IMG/VR virus record: IMGVR_UViG_3300006802_000076
Coordinates: 1 to 64,000 of that record
DNA length: 64,000 nt
Source of the DNA: a virus
Strand: one strand, 5' to 3'
A model generated the notes under the pieces. That model ran no database searches. It saw only the letters and a program-made list of their open reading frames with translations, and had not been told where the DNA came from. The position numbers and the translations under genes were made by a program. Position 1 is the stretch's first letter, and each line of letters opens with the position of its first letter. Of this stretch, positions 36,301 through 45,622 are shown in pieces.

Positions 36301-39300
36301 CTTGGGACATTTGTAAAGCATGAAGAAAAGCTTAGTGGACAAGCAGCAGGTATTCAGAATGCTGCGGACGCAATTTATGAACAAGCTAGAGCTACGAAGA
36401 AGCTGGCGAATCATACTGAGAGACTTATTAATTTGTCTAAGAGCGCTGGTGAGGCAATCAGATCTCAATCATCTGCTGTTATAGATAAAAAGAAAGCTAT
36501 CTCTGACATAAATAAAGTTATTACAACATTCTTGACGCAAGAGGGTGAGATTGTAGTGGCGACTGAGGCTGCTGAGACTGGTTTATACAATCAAAGAATG
36601 GAGATTATTTATAAGATACAGGCGATGGAGTTGTTCTCTGAGGCAGCAGATCTTTTTGTGCTTGATGAGGGCAAGATTGTTGGCGCTGCTGAAGCCGCTG
36701 CGGCTGCGATTGATGCGCAGGTTGCAGCCATTGGTAGGCTTGTTGCCGCCCTGGAGGCTTTGGACGCTTCTAAGCTTTCCATGCTTAATACCGCAGGAGT
36801 GCAGGGTGCTGCCGGTACTACTGTCGCTGAAACAAAACCAAAGAGAACCAAGAGGCCTGCTCGCGGCCCTCCTGCAGATGATGCTGAGCAATTAAGTCTT
36901 CTTGCAAAAGAAGAAAAGGCAGCAAATATTGATCTTGCAACAGCTGCTAAAGGAGCTGAAATTGTTGAGGTAGAAGGCACCGCTGCTGAGGTTAATTTAG
37001 ATACCGCGGTTAAAAGCAAGAGCGTTGTTGAAAAAGCTAAAGAAGCGGCTAACATCCAACTGTTAGCTGCTAGAAAACAACTTGAAGCTGCTATAGATCA
37101 AAGCAAGCTCGCTAAGTCTAACTTAGCCGATCGCCCTCGCCGCAATGCTGCTGGGATAGCTAAAGCTATAGAGTATCGTGAAAAAGAGGCGGAGAAAGAG
37201 CGTAAGCGTTTAGAAAAGAATGCTAGAGCTAGGGAGCTTAGAGCTGAGAAGAAGGCGGCTGCTGAAGCGGCTAAGGCAGGCACTGCTGCCGATCTTGATG
37301 TGGCATCTGCTGAAAAAAGCGCCGAGGCTGTCGCTGAAGAAAAAATCGGGGCTGATCTTGATGTCAAGGCTGGTAAAGAGAGCCTTGTTGCTGCCGAAAA
37401 GGCTAAAGAAGCCGCCAATATTCAACTACTTGCTGCTAGAAAGCAACTTGAAGTCGCTATAGAGCAAGGCACACTTGCTAAGTCTAACTTAGCCGATCGC
37501 CCTCGTCGTAATGCTGCTGGGATCGCTAAAGCTATTGAATATAGGAATTCAGCCGAGTATGGCAAAGTTGCTAGTCAAGAAAAACTTGGTGCTGCTCTTG
37601 ATGTTGAAGCCGGTAAAGAAAGTCTTGAGGCTGCTCAGATTGAAAAGAAGGCAGCAAAAACTAAACTTGCTAGGGCTTCAAAGCCTCAATGGTCAGAGAG
37701 GCCTCCTGGATCAAAACCGTGGCCTACGATGGAGAAATCTCTAGCAAAAATTCCTGGCTTCGGAGTGTTGTCGGCATCTCAGTTTGGGCAAACATCTAGG
37801 TTCCCAGCGGTCCTTGGTCCAGGGCCTGGTGGGGCTATGGCTGGTCAGATCGGGGCCAGGATTATTGACATGTTTAGGTCCGCAGGTGTTATTCCTCCAC
37901 CAGAAGTTTTGTATGCCCTGTCACAGATGAGTGATGATTTTCTAAAAAGCCGTGGCGTTTCTAGTTTCAAGCAGGCTGGCGCAGTTAAAACATTTAAAAA
38001 AGATGTTATTTTCAATAAAGCATTCTCTCCATTGGAAAGCGGTGTTGGTTTTTATGGAACACCATCGGGTAAAAACACCAGTTCTACCGGTAAGCTTTTT
38101 AATGCAATAAGAGACTTTTTAATAATGGAGGATGCGCTTGCGAAACAAGTCGCTTTACCGATACCAAACCAACCAGCAAGTTTCAGGCAGGGGTCTACGA
38201 AAAAAGGAAGATTGTCTTCTGTAAGTGTGCAAAGTATTTATAGAGATAGTGTTGAAAGAGCTATGGCTCCGCCTAGATCTGATTTTGGTCGGCTCTATTC
38301 GACTTTGCCGAAGACAACAAGAGCTGATAAGACATTTAAAGAAGGCACGCTTTACATTAAAAAGCTCAGGACTGCTCTTGAAGATCGTATATATAAATTA
38401 AGTGAAGCTATGGAAAGCGCTAGCGCTTCTGATAAAAAAGTTCTTGGGAAGCGATTGGCAAGATTAAAGAGGGCCAGGGCGCGCTTTGAAGATTTGCAGG
38501 CTGGTCTTGCAAATAATTTTGGTAAATATTCAGCAATGAGTAGATACAACCTTCCGTCTCCGTCTGTTAGAGATGAGAAAGGTAGAGTTAGTTTAAGAAG
38601 GATTAAGACTTTAGCCAGTTCTCGCAATAGTGTTGAGATGCTTGCCGCTAGATCGCTTTCTACAATGTCTGGCACTGGGATGCTTGATCCCCATATCAAA
38701 TCTTTTGGAGATTATGTATCAACATCTTTAAGAAAACAGTTCCCGAAGATGACCGATGCACGTATCGCAGAGCTTACGAAAGCTGAAGTTGGAGTATTCA
38801 AAAGAAGGTTATTTGATAATTTATTCAATGCATTAACTCGTAATATTTCAAATATTGAACCCGGTGGCACACCTTTAGCTAGAGCGGGGCGTTTGAAGAA
38901 GGCAATGGATCAGTCTCTGTATGAAGCTCTAGCACCTTCTCGTAAAGGCATAAATGTTTCCCAAGCAACAGCCGCCGCTTCAGCCGCTGCCCCAGTAACT
39001 GCTCCAGTAGCCGCCCCAGCAGCCGCTCCAGCAGCTGCCCCATCCGCTGCAGTTAGTAAGGCTGCAGCTAAGCCCGCTTTACCACCACCACCTCCACCAA
39101 CGTCAAAACCTGGACGTAAAACATTGCTTTCTGCAGCTTTGACAGCTATGGGTATGGGTGGGAATGAGGAAGTTGAAAAGAGACTGATGCAGCAGGCAGA
39201 GGCGGCTGTCAAATCAGGCAATAAGAAAGCTGATCTTTTGCATTTGCTAAACAGACAAGCCACTGATGCGCAGAATGAAGTTTCTAAGGCTCTGCAAGCA

Positions 39301-42300
39301 CAGTCTGCTAAGAAGGGAATAATTGGCAGGGCGCTTGCAACTAGGGCCGGGGCTATGCGTTCGATGGCTGAGTCTGCTTCAGCTAAAGATCAAAGCAAAG
39401 AAGCAGGAAAGCTCCGTGGCATAGTAAGAAATGCTTTAAGCAAAGCGCGACGAGATTATGTGGATGGTATTGGTGCAACTGTTCGGGCTAGCAATGAAAA
39501 TCTTCTAAAATCTCTTGGTACAGGCTCAAAACTTGGTAAATCAGCTGAAGGTGTTGTACTCAGAGCTGTTAGTTCTGTTAATGAACTTATAGGTGAAATT
39601 ACTGACGAGCTTCAGGCTCTTGGTGTGCAGGCTGATCTGTTAAAGGAACCTATTAAGGCTCATGAGATAGAGGCCCAGAAGTCGCTGGAGCACTTCTTAT
39701 TTACCCTGAAAGGCACCTTTGAAGAGGTACAAGATTCTGTTGATTGTGTTGCTGATGCCGCAAGGGTGGTTGGAAATATTGTTTCTGTGGAGGGCGAGCA
39801 GGGAGAAGGGACTGTATTGTATTCTGGAATACCTATCACTGAGGCAATCAAGTTTATTGCTAACACTATCAGAAGTATCGCAAGCAAAGCTAAGGGTGTT
39901 GGTGAAAGTGTTGAGGCTGCTGGTGCTCAAGCAGTCGCAGAAGTTGATCAGGCGGGTGCGAGTGTTGTAAGCGATGTTGAAGATCTTGGTGATCCTTTCA
40001 GGTATATAGCTGCTGCCATGAATACTGCTCAAGATGCAGCTAACGCTGCTACTGTTGAAGCTGTTGCTGAAGTTGAGGCTGCTGGTGCTTCTGCGGTTGA
40101 TAGCGTGAGGGATCTTGGTGATCCGTTTAGATATATTACTGGCGCAATGGGTGGTGCTGTAAATCTTGCGAACACAGCGACAGCTGAATCCCAGGCAGAG
40201 ATTGCTGCTTCGTCAAACTCTATTCGAAAGTCTATCAATGCTATTGGTGCCACTTTTGTGAGGATGGCTGCAGCTGCTAAAGCTGGTGCTGTCAGGATTG
40301 TTGCTTCTGGTAATGCAACAAGCGCTGCCACTGCCGCTGCTGCCGCAAACTGGGCAGCACCAAATGGCGCGGCTGCTGCGACCGGTGCTGTGAGTAATGC
40401 GTGGGCTGCACCAACTGGGCCAAAGGCCGGTAGCCCTGCTAAGACTCCAATGACTGGCAAATTTGCCTCTATGATTGCCGGATTTAAAGACAGCATGTCT
40501 GGTATAGGTGGGGTCTTTACTAAGGGGTGGGGTGAGGTTCTAACTGCCAATAAGGGTGTTCTAAACAGCTTGAGAACACTGGTTGGCACTCTTGGTAAAA
40601 CACTTCTAAATTCAGCAAAACTTCTTGGAAGTCTTGTTATGGGTCCAATCCGTGTTGCTTCAGGAGTATTTAAGCTAGCTAAGAAAAACGTTGCAGGAGC
40701 TGCCGATATAGGAAAGGCCTTTGGAAGCATTCTAAAGAATCTAGCTAAGACTGCAGTTGATCTTGTTAAAGGTGTTTTAAGTGCAGTCGTTTCTGTAGGT
40801 AAAACGGTTGTTTCAGTAATTGGCACTGTTGCTAAGAGTATGATGTCTGCTTTCCAGTCTGTGACTAAGCTTGCTATTAAAGGTATTATTTTTGCACCAA
40901 TTGTAGCTGCAATTATTGTTATCGCTGTGGCGGCGAAGCGGCTTTCGACTGCGTTTAAAGCTGTTGATGAGAACGGCAAGAGACTTGAATCTATGCAGAA
41001 GATTGTGGATAGATTGAAGCAAGCATGGACTGCTTTCAAAAGCGTTCTTGTCGCGTTATTTAAACCATTTGCTGATGTTTTAAACAATATATTCGGGGTT
41101 TCGAACGGTACTGAAGCTGCAACTCAGAATGTTTCTGCTACTACTAGAGCATTCTCTAAACTTGGTGCGGTTTTAATTGTTGCTCTTGAGCAAATAACAA
41201 ATGGTCTTAATAAACTGCGTGAAAGTGAAGGATTTAAGAAGTTTATAAAAAGCATGACTTCTTTCATGTACCAATTCTTCAATATTGCAAAGGCTGTTTT
41301 TGGCGGTATTAAAGCTGTGATTAGTGGCGATAGCGAAGAGGCTGCTTCTAAGTTTGGTGAGGCGGCTGATCGCATCAAGCTTTATATGATGTCAATTGTA
41401 ATATTCCTTGCTCCTATGTGGAGAAAGATGCTTTTGAAGATGATTTCAAGCTTGGTTGCTTTTGCTAAGACTGTTTTAAATATCGGAGAAAAGGTACTTG
41501 AAGGCTTAGCTCATGCATTTGGGCCTCCACTTGTTAAAGCTGTTGTGTGGACGATTAAGAAAGTTCTTACACTTTTCTTCTCACTACCTCGCTATATTCC
41601 AAAAATTCTACTTAAGATAATTGAAATGGCGATTGAGTTTAAGTTGAAATATGAATTGGCTATGCGACAGCTTGTTATCAACATTGTTTTGATACTGGCT
41701 GGGATGCTTCCTGGGCTTGCTCAGATTTTAATTAAAGCATTCAATATGATTATTGAATTTGCCTTGAAGGCTCAAGGTGCTCTTGAGAGCGCTCTTAAGT
41801 CACTTAGCCCATTTGGATTCCTTGATGATGCTATCGGTCTTGTTGGCAGTGTCTTTTCTTCGCCTCTTGAGTTTGCTAGCGCAACTCTTGAAGGATGGGT
41901 TGAAGATATTGCTAGTACTGAGGGCACGTTTAAAGGTGTTATTAATGATATAGCTGGTGCTATTAATAAAGCCTTTGATTCTGTTTATAATCTTCTTGAT
42001 CAAGGTATAAATGCGATCTTTGATTCGGATGTTGTGAACGATTTTGTACAAGATATATCTGATTCTATTGATGGATGGTCGCAAGGCCAATTGCAGGATA
42101 TTTTTGGCTGGATCGATGATCTTGCTTTCGGTGAGGATGGCGATGGTGGAGTGGCTGCATGGTTTGCAAATCTGGATATTCCTGATTTTAAGGGAAGCGA
42201 GTTTGAGAGGGCTATTGATGATTTCGCTGTCGGAGCGGAGGAGTGGGTCGGTACTAAGTTTGATGAAATAATTAATAAGGTTGCCGATAAGCAGCAAGAG

Positions 42301-44322
42301 TTGAAGGATCAGTTCAAAGAGAAGTATGGTGTTGAGTTTGATGCTGTTCCTGGTTTATTCACTCCTGAAATTGTTGCTGATGTTGAAGCTATGGCTAAAG
42401 ATATTGCAAATGCATATACTCAAGCAATTAATGCTGGTGGTGAGTCTTTGGAGGATGCTGCGGCGAACGCCGGTAATTCAATCAAAGATGCTCTTCTTGA
42501 TGCAATGCAAAAGTTTGTTGATCTTGTTGTAGATTATTTAGCTTCTGCTATTGATAAGTTGAAAGCTGATATAACAGATAAATTAACTGAGCAAAAAGAT
42601 GCTTATTTGCAGGTTTTTGATGATCAGATTGCTGCGATAGATGCTTTAGAGAAAGCGGAAGAGGAGCTGTTTAGGAAGCAAGAGCGGATTGAAGAGGATC
42701 GCAAACGTATGCGTGACCGCGCTCTGCAGGAGGAGAATTATCGTAGGAATCGTACTCTTGCTATTTATGAAGGTCGTATTGATGATGCTCGTATGCTTGA
42801 TCTTGAGCAGAGAAAGATTGAGTCTGACAATGCTTATGATGACGCTAAGACTGCGAGAGAGCGGGCTAGGGAGGAACAGAAGAATCAGAGAGATATTGTA
42901 CGCGAGATTCTTGAAAATCAGAAGCGTGATGCAGAAGAGGCTTTTGATCTTATTCTTGAGAACTTCCAAAAGTTTATTGAAGAGATTGGCAAATATGGCA
43001 CTTACAACCAGGAAGAGCTGGAAGAGCAGTTCAAGGAAATTATTGAAAGCGCCGAGGGTGCATCTGAAGAAATGCTTAGCGCATTTGAAGATTACTACAA
43101 GGCTATCCCTGATCTTATTGATCAATATACAGATTCCACGGTCGGGTTTTTCGAGAACCCACTTGATCAGCTTGTTGAGCTAGCTAGGGATCGTTTTGGA
43201 TTAACTTCTAACTCAGAGTCGCCGGATACGATACTGGGTGCTACTGCGATGATGCTTAGCGGTATGGGGAACCAGTTCACTGATCCAGGTGGGCACTTGC
43301 AAATGATTCCTGGTCATTTCGAAACAGTATTTACTCAGGTTATAGAGAACGTTATTCAGCCTTCGATTGATTCAATGCATAATGTCATTGAAAACTTTAG
43401 ACCTGAAGAGATCTTCCAGAAAGCTTTAGATCATGCAAATCTAACTATCCAAAGGGAATATGCAAAGATTGTAGGATCAACTAATAGCGTTGTTGACGAT
43501 ATTGCTAGTGCTATGAGTGAATTGACTAGAAATATTGTTACATCTATGGCTCAGATAACCAACGCTGTTGGGGCTGCTCAGGATGCTCTAAATGGATTTA
43601 ATCCTGGAGCATCTCCCATTCCAATCATTGATCAAACTGCTGCTAAGAATAGTCTTACTTCATACTTTAGAAGTATAGGAATGCAAGAGTATATGTATAG
43701 CTCTACTGTTGCATCGCTTGCGCCTTATGCTTCTGAATTGATGGAGCGCTTTAAGGTGATAACAGATAACAATGTTAGAAACATTGTATATAAGCAAATT
43801 GCTGCAAAGATAAGCGGTTCGGGGAATCAGTCTTCATTTGCAAATTGGGTTAAGGCTACATACGGCGCTGCAGTTCTGAACCCGCCTGTTTCTTTTGCTA
43901 ATGGTGGTCTTGTGAAGAAATATGGTTATGGCGGTATGGCTGTGCCTGGGTTTGGCAGCACTGCTGTTCCAGCGATATTGCATGGCGGTGAGTTTGTTTT
44001 AAACAAGAAGGCAGTGGAAAGAAGTGGCATTGGTATAAAGATGCTTGAGCAATTAAATAAAGCTAGATTTGATCAGGGTGGCTTCAGTATCCCTGATGTA
44101 AACAGTGTAAGATTTAATAATCCATCTAGGAATATGAATAGTGGTGTTGTGAATCATTACAACAGCACAAATACAACAAATATTTATGTTGAGAATTTCA
44201 TTGGTGAGGATCAGTGGTTCCAGTCAATGTTGAAAGAGTACAATATGAAACATAAGCCATTGGCTGATAAGCGTGTCGGCAATGAGAATAGATTCTATAC
44301 AAGCTATAAAGGTGGCAACTGA
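33388..44322 (+). CDS. Tape measure protein, 3644 aa
   Basis: GRNLTIGLTLP core, helical Ala-rich body, C-terminal FANGG...VPAILHGGEFV. Confidence 0.92.
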   Translation: MADYDILVNAHMQGFLNKELDSLSGNLRNLLTTIDRVNDVTRNYEKSQRALNSALGIGSDGQKVYAKNLLDASKNAAVLSSNLRLAKKQAQEFNSVYSKELNAARFNKLTFGLKTFNGQSKEVNASLLATARNLKNIQSSARAIRFTAALRDSQSLAKNVLNIGKNLQYVGRNLTIGLTLPLVQFFRIGLDSFKKLETEIVRFEKIVGRDAVQALKAQSAEIVEIKKTSEGWTEVIIGTGNAYDAFSKKLDNVSYKYGVARELVQAVAADFATVGISGTDVIGDLVELAAIVEKVGDVDMTQSREFVQSLVQNTITAQNQNKAFKEQISLLSAAEQSSYQYRLAVDQVTGALALFNVIENNTVVTLEKLAKGIPEMQAVTTQFGLTLGEAAALFAPMLASGFETGASANSLKVSLQRLVAPTIKNQNTLAYLNRTIGEFNYTTGVGIENISEFAKAFVKLKEQKGELGALELFAELFGVRQGSRMLAAMNDFGIFQEELLKRTSTANKIATVIVDSINKTVADAGQQSRLAEIVEGGKFSASDIAGLGKIGRVVADEYAAGFEKGGTALYRAIIEGQGVALDKLKKEFGEDSDILDLITSQSGKVILAQALGTEEAIRAFNEEVDRALETPAVKLSRAKETFKAISRTLIPDLVSALEALMPTIRSIANFFTNMNEGSRRFLSGIVLLAAALGPIISVFSNLTQILGLAGGAAFRFVGMISKLRIFGLGGISIASDTLAGLNNLDKFGKKLSRISDQTFFFKGTNKEFQKLLKKSQRLQDRGSESYGIRRLANLFKWQNKLTTSTETLSGQTNLFTAAQQKKLTAMRILSSAYRQMASELNAVQLTFTAQKQALDDLGNYIITLKHRMDEAKKMAGKFVSALIHIKDSADSAARAIGLVGDANSVNGRLDKLAKNMAKAAGASDNLVLNLQYFVQESAKIAGSTDAAANSVKNMATAIADLNTSFGNVNGKLGTFVKHEEKLSGQAAGIQNAADAIYEQARATKKLANHTERLINLSKSAGEAIRSQSSAVIDKKKAISDINKVITTFLTQEGEIVVATEAAETGLYNQRMEIIYKIQAMELFSEAADLFVLDEGKIVGAAEAAAAAIDAQVAAIGRLVAALEALDASKLSMLNTAGVQGAAGTTVAETKPKRTKRPARGPPADDAEQLSLLAKEEKAANIDLATAAKGAEIVEVEGTAAEVNLDTAVKSKSVVEKAKEAANIQLLAARKQLEAAIDQSKLAKSNLADRPRRNAAGIAKAIEYREKEAEKERKRLEKNARARELRAEKKAAAEAAKAGTAADLDVASAEKSAEAVAEEKIGADLDVKAGKESLVAAEKAKEAANIQLLAARKQLEVAIEQGTLAKSNLADRPRRNAAGIAKAIEYRNSAEYGKVASQEKLGAALDVEAGKESLEAAQIEKKAAKTKLARASKPQWSERPPGSKPWPTMEKSLAKIPGFGVLSASQFGQTSRFPAVLGPGPGGAMAGQIGARIIDMFRSAGVIPPPEVLYALSQMSDDFLKSRGVSSFKQAGAVKTFKKDVIFNKAFSPLESGVGFYGTPSGKNTSSTGKLFNAIRDFLIMEDALAKQVALPIPNQPASFRQGSTKKGRLSSVSVQSIYRDSVERAMAPPRSDFGRLYSTLPKTTRADKTFKEGTLYIKKLRTALEDRIYKLSEAMESASASDKKVLGKRLARLKRARARFEDLQAGLANNFGKYSAMSRYNLPSPSVRDEKGRVSLRRIKTLASSRNSVEMLAARSLSTMSGTGMLDPHIKSFGDYVSTSLRKQFPKMTDARIAELTKAEVGVFKRRLFDNLFNALTRNISNIEPGGTPLARAGRLKKAMDQSLYEALAPSRKGINVSQATAAASAAAPVTAPVAAPAAAPAAAPSAAVSKAAAKPALPPPPPPTSKPGRKTLLSAALTAMGMGGNEEVEKRLMQQAEAAVKSGNKKADLLHLLNRQATDAQNEVSKALQAQSAKKGIIGRALATRAGAMRSMAESASAKDQSKEAGKLRGIVRNALSKARRDYVDGIGATVRASNENLLKSLGTGSKLGKSAEGVVLRAVSSVNELIGEITDELQALGVQADLLKEPIKAHEIEAQKSLEHFLFTLKGTFEEVQDSVDCVADAARVVGNIVSVEGEQGEGTVLYSGIPITEAIKFIANTIRSIASKAKGVGESVEAAGAQAVAEVDQAGASVVSDVEDLGDPFRYIAAAMNTAQDAANAATVEAVAEVEAAGASAVDSVRDLGDPFRYITGAMGGAVNLANTATAESQAEIAASSNSIRKSINAIGATFVRMAAAAKAGAVRIVASGNATSAATAAAAANWAAPNGAAAATGAVSNAWAAPTGPKAGSPAKTPMTGKFASMIAGFKDSMSGIGGVFTKGWGEVLTANKGVLNSLRTLVGTLGKTLLNSAKLLGSLVMGPIRVASGVFKLAKKNVAGAADIGKAFGSILKNLAKTAVDLVKGVLSAVVSVGKTVVSVIGTVAKSMMSAFQSVTKLAIKGIIFAPIVAAIIVIAVAAKRLSTAFKAVDENGKRLESMQKIVDRLKQAWTAFKSVLVALFKPFADVLNNIFGVSNGTEAATQNVSATTRAFSKLGAVLIVALEQITNGLNKLRESEGFKKFIKSMTSFMYQFFNIAKAVFGGIKAVISGDSEEAASKFGEAADRIKLYMMSIVIFLAPMWRKMLLKMISSLVAFAKTVLNIGEKVLEGLAHAFGPPLVKAVVWTIKKVLTLFFSLPRYIPKILLKIIEMAIEFKLKYELAMRQLVINIVLILAGMLPGLAQILIKAFNMIIEFALKAQGALESALKSLSPFGFLDDAIGLVGSVFSSPLEFASATLEGWVEDIASTEGTFKGVINDIAGAINKAFDSVYNLLDQGINAIFDSDVVNDFVQDISDSIDGWSQGQLQDIFGWIDDLAFGEDGDGGVAAWFANLDIPDFKGSEFERAIDDFAVGAEEWVGTKFDEIINKVADKQQELKDQFKEKYGVEFDAVPGLFTPEIVADVEAMAKDIANAYTQAINAGGESLEDAAANAGNSIKDALLDAMQKFVDLVVDYLASAIDKLKADITDKLTEQKDAYLQVFDDQIAAIDALEKAEEELFRKQERIEEDRKRMRDRALQEENYRRNRTLAIYEGRIDDARMLDLEQRKIESDNAYDDAKTARERAREEQKNQRDIVREILENQKRDAEEAFDLILENFQKFIEEIGKYGTYNQEELEEQFKEIIESAEGASEEMLSAFEDYYKAIPDLIDQYTDSTVGFFENPLDQLVELARDRFGLTSNSESPDTILGATAMMLSGMGNQFTDPGGHLQMIPGHFETVFTQVIENVIQPSIDSMHNVIENFRPEEIFQKALDHANLTIQREYAKIVGSTNSVVDDIASAMSELTRNIVTSMAQITNAVGAAQDALNGFNPGASPIPIIDQTAAKNSLTSYFRSIGMQEYMYSSTVASLAPYASELMERFKVITDNNVRNIVYKQIAAKISGSGNQSSFANWVKATYGAAVLNPPVSFANGGLVKKYGYGGMAVPGFGSTAVPAILHGGEFVLNKKAVERSGIGIKMLEQLNKARFDQGGFSIPDVNSVRFNNPSRNMNSGVVNHYNSTNTTNIYVENFIGEDQWFQSMLKEYNMKHKPLADKRVGNENRFYTSYKGGN

Positions 44323-44327
44323 TAGTT

Positions 44328-44747
44328 ATGCCAGCTCAAGTGTATCAACAGACAGGTCTTGTAAAATACCTATCAATAAACAACACTGAGATAACTGTTG
44401 GTGGGTCTAATATTTCTCTTGATTCCAATTTCAATGTAAGTGATATTGAGACTGCTGCTGGGCGAATCAAAAGGTTTTACAAGAAGAATAAAAAGACATT
44501 AAAAGTTTCTTATGAATATCTTGCTTCTTCTAGTTCTTTTACAGTTGATGGTCGTGAGGGGCGGGATTTTATATATGGTCTGGCGGCTTCTTCGCCGTAT
44601 GTTTTAGTATCTTACAAGGATATACCAAATGGTGTATCTGAAGAATTTTATGGATTCATAGATTCTTATAGTGATTCAATTATAAGAAGAGATATGAGCA
44701 CGCAGTGCATTTATTATAATCTAAGCTTTGATATAATGGAGGCTTAA
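44328..44747 (+). CDS. Distal tail-like protein
   Basis: Follows the tape measure gene. Confidence 0.55.
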   Translation: MPAQVYQQTGLVKYLSINNTEITVGGSNISLDSNFNVSDIETAAGRIKRFYKKNKKTLKVSYEYLASSSSFTVDGREGRDFIYGLAASSPYVLVSYKDIPNGVSEEFYGFIDSYSDSIIRRDMSTQCIYYNLSFDIMEA

Positions 44748-45622
44748 TGGCTGGGAAATTTTCTTTTACGCAGAGCCTTCGTGGTATAGATTTTTATGGC
44801 CCAGATCAAACTGGCAATCCTGTTCTTATATCTATTTCTACAAACCTTGTAGCGACTCCTGATATATACTATCCACCCGCTAACCCGGCTTCAATTTCTA
44901 TAACTTCTGATCTTCAATCGGATGGGACAAAGGTAGCTATCGGAAGTTCTAGTCCATCTGCGTCAGCTACTTTAGTTGCTGTTGCGACTGAGATTGTTTT
45001 AGGCGCTTCAAGTATAGACTCTCAGTCTTCTATTTCTGCTATCGGAACTCGCATACACAATGGTGAGTCAATAATAGACGGCATCGCGTTTGTTTTATCA
45101 TCTGGTATTGCTGTTACTCCAATGGGAGAAGTGTTAATCTCATCATCAGCTACTGTTGATAATTTAGGTTTTATAAGATTTAGCCCGTCTATAGTTGAAG
45201 ATACTCAATCTATACGTCCATTCCTTGTAATAGACAATATACCACTGTCTGAACATGGGCGCACTATTGATGAATCTCTTATCCATTCATTCATAGAAGT
45301 GAAAAACTGGGACGCATTAAAAAGTCGTTTCTATAAAAGAACCAATGCAAGAAGATCGTTTAAGATATCATGGACTTATCTCCCTGGTGAAAGAGAATTC
45401 ACCGCTGATAGAAGATTTGGAAGAAATAAAGTTAAAGAAATAGCTGAAGACCCAGATTTGCATATTTTGAAAATTAGAAATATAGACACTAATGGTGTTA
45501 CTCCATACACTGAAGATGAGTATAGTGTTTTAATAAAGTCATATAATGAAGAACTTCTAAGACGGGATGAAATAAATGGTGTGTATTACTGGGATTGCAG
45601 TATGGAACTGGAGGAGGTCTGA
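44747..45622 (+). CDS. Minor tail protein
   Basis: C-terminus resembles the preceding gene (RRD...YY...L/MEE). Confidence 0.55.
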   Translation: MAGKFSFTQSLRGIDFYGPDQTGNPVLISISTNLVATPDIYYPPANPASISITSDLQSDGTKVAIGSSSPSASATLVAVATEIVLGASSIDSQSSISAIGTRIHNGESIIDGIAFVLSSGIAVTPMGEVLISSSATVDNLGFIRFSPSIVEDTQSIRPFLVIDNIPLSEHGRTIDESLIHSFIEVKNWDALKSRFYKRTNARRSFKISWTYLPGEREFTADRRFGRNKVKEIAEDPDLHILKIRNIDTNGVTPYTEDEYSVLIKSYNEELLRRDEINGVYYWDCSMELEEV

